This document shows, one piece after another, positions 60,207-64,000 of a DNA stretch of 64,000 nt (positions are counted from its first letter, which is position 1; every line of letters begins with the position of its first letter). Under the pieces are notes generated by a model. It did not search any database. It saw nothing but the letters and a program-made list of their open reading frames with translations, and was not told where the DNA came from. The position numbers and the translations under genes are program-made. Source of the DNA: Bacteroides sp. (GTDB lineage Bacteria > Bacteroidota > Bacteroidia > Bacteroidales > GCA-2748055); assembly GCA_011056635.1 (NCBI GenBank), contig DSEO01000153.1, forward strand, positions 7,563-71,562, given 5' to 3'.

Positions 60207-63191
60207 TCAGTTCAGCAGGTACTCCAGGATCCTGGCCATGATCATATCCCGCTCCCCGGGATCGATAATGGTCTCGAACGGGAACCCGAAGGCCACCACG
60301 TTCCAGGCTCCTTTCCAGGCCACCGCGGCGCTCATGTTATTCTCCGCATACCTTGCCAGGGTAAAGGCAGTGGAATCGGCAGGCTCCAGTGCATCGGCGC
60401 CTTCCACCACATAGATATCAGGATGATATGCCGTGTTGAAACTGTACCGGGTCTGCACCTCCGAAAAACCGGGGTCCATAAAATAGAACTTTCCCAGCCG
60501 GGAGGCGTTGCCGGTCCTCCATTTGTATTTCAGCAGCACTGCCACCAGGGAATCCTGCCCGAGGGAATGGGGATCGGATGCAATATGGGCCCCTGAAATG
60601 AACATGTTCCCGCCCCCCTCAAGGTATTTCGAAATGACCGTGAGAAGCGTGCCGGGAAAGACCTGAAACCAACCGACGGTGTCATTTTTGGGCATATGGG
60701 TGGTCTTCTCCTCGCCGGCGATAAAATCCACCGCGTCATACACTCCCAGTTCCGCCTCACCATCTTCCACCGTTTCATCGCTGACCGATACGAAGGAGTA
60801 GCCGGCTGCCCTGACGGAAACCCCGTGCACGTAGCAGAAGTCAAAACTGTTCCCGGGATACACATCCTGTTCAAGATCCGCGTACGAAGCTCCGTGTCCG
60901 GGTGAATCATCATCCAGCCAGGGTGAGCGCTCGCTGAAATCGAACTGGGCACCCACCGTATGGAGATCTTCCTGAAAAGGAACACCCTGATCCACCATAT
61001 GCAGGAACCCCGAATGCGCCTCGTCGTCGAACCAGGCCGGACCGCCGGTCCTGTCAAATGCGCTGATAAGCAGGATGGTCCTGTCCGATCCGGTCCTTTT
61101 GCACACGGAAAGGACCTCTGAAGGAAAGCTTTCACCTCCCCTGTTCAGGGCGGTGACCCTGAAGGAGTAAATGGAATCGGGAGCGCACTGCGGCAATGAA
61201 AAGGTGGTTCCCTCCACGCTGATCCCCTGGTCCCACCCTTCCCCGTTGATCCTGGTGTACACCCGGTAGCTATCCGGATCCGCTGTGGGCTCAAGGGGAT
61301 CGGCCCGGGGCTTCCAGTGCAGGTTGATCCCTCCCTGCCCGCTGAATTCAGAGCGAAAGGAGCGGACCGGAAGCGGCTGCACCACGGTCTCGAAATCGTA
61401 CAGCTCAGCCAGGAACCGCAACATTCCCTTGTAGATCGCCCGGCATACATCAAACCTGAAAGCGGGTTCACTGCCGAAACGCATATCCATGAGGTTCTGG
61501 TGGGAAAGCAGCTCAAGCAGCATGGAGGGGACATTGGGCCGGTAAGCCTCGCTGTAATCCCGGTCCCACATAGCCCTCCTTACCCAGTCAGGGTCATATT
61601 TGGCCCGGATATCCTCCACGATCTGGGTCTGGATCAGATCGGTCATATCCCGGGAAGCCATTCTGGAGAGCCCGCCAGGAAAAAATCCCCGGTTCGACCG
61701 GGTGCTGTAGATCCCCAGGGTACCGATGACCGTATCGCTGCCGCTGATCCCCGCATCCGTATGAAAGGCAAAAGAAAGATCGATGGGGATGCCCAGTCCC
61801 GTTACACCCCTCCCCTTCGCAGGACCCGATAAATTGCCTGCCAGGTAATTGACCCACTCACCCCGGCTCTGGTAATCGTCTGTATAATCGTTCACGGGTG
61901 TATTGAGCCTCCACACCAGGCTGTCTGGAAAACCTGCATATTGCAGGTAATAACGGGCCGATTCCTGGTAACGGGGACGGTTGCTGGTGAGTCCGTTCCT
62001 GGAAATATTGCCCGTACCTCCGCCGAACCTCACCGCATCGGCGGAAATGCTTGCGTTGCGGCGACTGCTTTTATTGGTAAGTACCACCTGGCCTTTCCCG
62101 GCATGGATCCCCCCGGGGAACCGGAACCTCCCCAGGTATACCCAGGTTCCCCCGCCCATCTGCTGATTCACGGAGAATTCCGTCCTCCCCCCTGCGTGAT
62201 ACACCGTATAACGTACATCGTCCGCATTGGCGGGGGATGCATGGTAGGACACGTAGACCGCGTAATACCCCTCTGCCGGAATATCGGGGATCCAGGTCAC
62301 CATCCCGGTACCGTTCCGGTCCGAACCCATCTCCTGGTAACTCCCCAGTGTGAATGGATTTTCATCCACATAGGGGGGATGCCCGATACCGAAACCCGTT
62401 CCGGGGACGGACTGTATGGCATTTTCCGTACTGAAGCAGATACTGTTCCCTGTGCTCCCGTCATTGTCCACCACCACCTCGTTCACCTGCCAGTCACGTT
62501 CCCGCGGAAGGAATACATTCGCTCCCGCATTTTCAAGCATGGGGACCAGCAACTGGAGGTTAAAAGCCATGGGAAACAGGTCCTCCACAGTCTGGAAGAT
62601 CCTGGCACGCTGCCATTCCCAGCGGTGCAGCGAAGGTTCGTAATACCAGCCGTGGCTGTGCCACAGTGCGATGTTCGTATGGTAGAGGGATGCATCGGAG
62701 AGATAAGGCCTGGAAAGGTTTTGCACCAGCGGCGGGGATTTCCTTTTCAGTCGCCCCACCACGCGGTCCCTGTCCTTGTCTCTTCTGTCCGTCCTGTAAT
62801 AATTGGGTATGTACTCCCGGATGTTCCTCCTGCAGGACCAGATCTCCAGGTCATATGTATTGAAAGGAAACGGAAGGTCTTCTTTCAGGCCATCTTCAAA
62901 AAACTGGATGGTCCGCTCCCTGAGCGGGGCATAGGCCAGTCTCGCATCCAGGTGAACCCGGATGTTACTTTTTCTTGCGTCAATGAGCACGTTATCGATC
63001 CGGATCGAGTCCTTTTGCTGATAACCGGTCAATTCGACGAACAGCCGTCCGTTGAAATATTTCTGCACATTCCTTTCCAGCTGCTCCATGACCAGGGAAT
63101 CCCCGGATGCATATATCGCACGGGCACCGAGGAATGGGGAGAGCATAAAAGAAAACAGCAGGGTGAAAACCCATCTTCGGAAAATAAACAT
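60207..63191 (-). CDS. Secreted ~1000-aa protein with MurNAc-L-Ala-amidase-like (Amidase_3-type) and golvesin-C/Xly-like regions
   Basis: Signal peptide MFIFRRWVFTLLFSFMLSPFLGARA. The block YAVYVSYHASPANADDVRYTVYHAGG...GGTWVYLGRF resembles the golvesin-C-like module. FAFHTDAG and MLLELLSHQN resemble amidase_3 metal and Glu motifs. The family assignment is tentative. Confidence 0.45.
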   Translation of the reverse strand: MFIFRRWVFTLLFSFMLSPFLGARAIYASGDSLVMEQLERNVQKYFNGRLFVELTGYQQKDSIRIDNVLIDARKSNIRVHLDARLAYAPLRERTIQFFEDGLKEDLPFPFNTYDLEIWSCRRNIREYIPNYYRTDRRDKDRDRVVGRLKRKSPPLVQNLSRPYLSDASLYHTNIALWHSHGWYYEPSLHRWEWQRARIFQTVEDLFPMAFNLQLLVPMLENAGANVFLPRERDWQVNEVVVDNDGSTGNSICFSTENAIQSVPGTGFGIGHPPYVDENPFTLGSYQEMGSDRNGTGMVTWIPDIPAEGYYAVYVSYHASPANADDVRYTVYHAGGRTEFSVNQQMGGGTWVYLGRFRFPGGIHAGKGQVVLTNKSSRRNASISADAVRFGGGTGNISRNGLTSNRPRYQESARYYLQYAGFPDSLVWRLNTPVNDYTDDYQSRGEWVNYLAGNLSGPAKGRGVTGLGIPIDLSFAFHTDAGISGSDTVIGTLGIYSTRSNRGFFPGGLSRMASRDMTDLIQTQIVEDIRAKYDPDWVRRAMWDRDYSEAYRPNVPSMLLELLSHQNLMDMRFGSEPAFRFDVCRAIYKGMLRFLAELYDFETVVQPLPVRSFRSEFSGQGGINLHWKPRADPLEPTADPDSYRVYTRINGEGWDQGISVEGTTFSLPQCAPDSIYSFRVTALNRGGESFPSEVLSVCKRTGSDRTILLISAFDRTGGPAWFDDEAHSGFLHMVDQGVPFQEDLHTVGAQFDFSERSPWLDDDSPGHGASYADLEQDVYPGNSFDFCYVHGVSVRAAGYSFVSVSDETVEDGEAELGVYDAVDFIAGEEKTTHMPKNDTVGWFQVFPGTLLTVISKYLEGGGNMFISGAHIASDPHSLGQDSLVAVLLKYKWRTGNASRLGKFYFMDPGFSEVQTRYSFNTAYHPDIYVVEGADALEPADSTAFTLARYAENNMSAAVAWKGAWNVVAFGFPFETIIDPGERDMIMARILEYLLN

Positions 63192-63272
63192 ATCAGGATA
63201 TCAACTTTACTTTACAGCACTACCATTCACACAGCATAAAACTAACATATATTCGGGTACCCTGTAATTTTT

Positions 63273-64000
63273 TTACCGACAGGGGTAAAGATAATATTTC
63301 CGGGCCTTCTTCATGAAATCCTCCCTTTCCCTGCTGTCGCCCCGCCAGATCTCCAGCGCTTTTTCAATATCCCCTTCCATGATCGATTGCCTTACCCGGT
63401 CTGTTCCGCACACCCGGTCGAACGAACCGTACTGCGCTTCCCTGCCCAAAAATACATCGAAGGCTGGGGCAACTTTCACCGCATCCTGGAGGAAACGGAA
63501 CTGGATTTCGGTGAGTACAGCCTGCTGAAGGTCGGTCAGGTAGATCTGCACCCCCTGCAGCGCTTCTCCCTTTTTTGCCATATAATAGGGCTTCAGGTAA
63601 ATTGGACGAAAAATAACGCCTTCCAGGCCCCTGTGGTTCATGGTATCCGCCAGGGCTTCCGCATCCATTTGAGCGGTGACAAGTGTCTGAAAAGGAAGGG
63701 TATAACCGATCCCGACCATGTTTGGATCCAGTTCCCCCAGAATGCCTGTGGCCGCATTGTAAAACACGGTCCGCTCATCCGGAATGTGGGGAGAAGTGGG
63801 CACCCACAGCAGCCCGGTCCTGTCAAAGGTCATCTCCCTTTCCCACCCTTCCATGGGCACCACCTGCAGGCTGCACCGCCTGCCTCCCTCGAGCATCCCC
63901 TCCCCGTTCAGCATCAGCGCCAGCTCACCGCAGGTCATTCCGTACAGATAAGGGATGGCGTACCGGCTTACAAAGGAACGGAATCCCTCCTCCGCCAGGC
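63273..64000 (-). CDS. namZ: DUF1343 / NamZ-type exo-beta-N-acetylmuramidase family, C-terminal part; 5' end outside window
   Basis: The frame stays open to the window edge (upstream codons ...SRYAIPYLYG precede MTCGELALMLNGE). WVPTSPHIP and the C-terminal DUF1343 layout are present. Confidence 0.65.
   Translation of the reverse strand, partial: LAEEGFRSFVSRYAIPYLYGMTCGELALMLNGEGMLEGGRRCSLQVVPMEGWEREMTFDRTGLLWVPTSPHIPDERTVFYNAATGILGELDPNMVGIGYTLPFQTLVTAQMDAEALADTMNHRGLEGVIFRPIYLKPYYMAKKGEALQGVQIYLTDLQQAVLTEIQFRFLQDAVKVAPAFDVFLGREAQYGSFDRVCGTDRVRQSIMEGDIEKALEIWRGDSREREDFMKKARKYYLYPCR

Overview
This is a 64-kb chromosomal segment of a Bacteroidota-type genome. It has three SusC/SusD pairs, three proteins with T9SS C-terminal sorting domains and many lipobox lipoproteins. 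I call 39 protein-coding genes, two of them cut by the window edges. I recognise no rRNA, tRNA, CRISPR array, transposase or integrase.

Gene content, left to right:
- 1-3.8 kb: housekeeping genes (GntP permease fragment, tandem USP, stand-alone CBM48 protein, CPA1 antiporter).
- 3.8-19.2 kb: a secreted (hemi)cellulase set. It holds a GH5, a GH9-GH5 fusion with T9SS tail, a GH5-CBM6 with T9SS tail and a 1.3k-aa non-catalytic lamin-tail-domain T9SS protein. These are interleaved with signal-peptide-bearing non-hydrolytic enzymes: a TAT Gfo/Idh/MocA oxidoreductase, an RraA-like protein, a PRX-like/TlpA-like redoxin and a xylose-isomerase-like TIM barrel.
- 19.2-36.0 kb: a markedly AT-richer block. 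It carries a hydrolase-free double SusC/SusD locus with three fasciclin (FAS1) lipoproteins, plus a lipoprotein of the agmatine-deiminase/PAD family.
- 36.0-38.3 kb: a TAT Gfo/Idh/MocA + DUF1080 pair.
- 38.8-54.5 kb: a LacI-centred divergent pair of operons. One is lacI-racemase-DmpA-creatininase-NagB/LmbE. The other is UROD-like, 2x PmoA-like/DUF6807 and a TAT oxidoreductase, followed by SusC/SusD. The same 15-nt palindrome lies in front of the UROD-like operon and in front of SusC.
- 54.6-64 kb: a tightly overlapping peptidoglycan-turnover operon (NamZ, amidase-like, GT2, DUF4922, SpoIID-like, AmpG-like).

The best candidates for undescribed biology are:
- the hydrolase-free, LacI-controlled SusC/D locus built on DUF6807, UROD-like and periplasmic oxidoreductase proteins;
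- the FAS1-SusC/D locus on the low-GC block;
- the unexplained GT2 + HIT-like DUF4922 + signal-less SpoIID core of the cell-wall operon.

All family calls come from reading motifs by eye in the supplied translations. No HMM, BLAST or folding was run, so family names are hypotheses of varying strength and starts are approximate.
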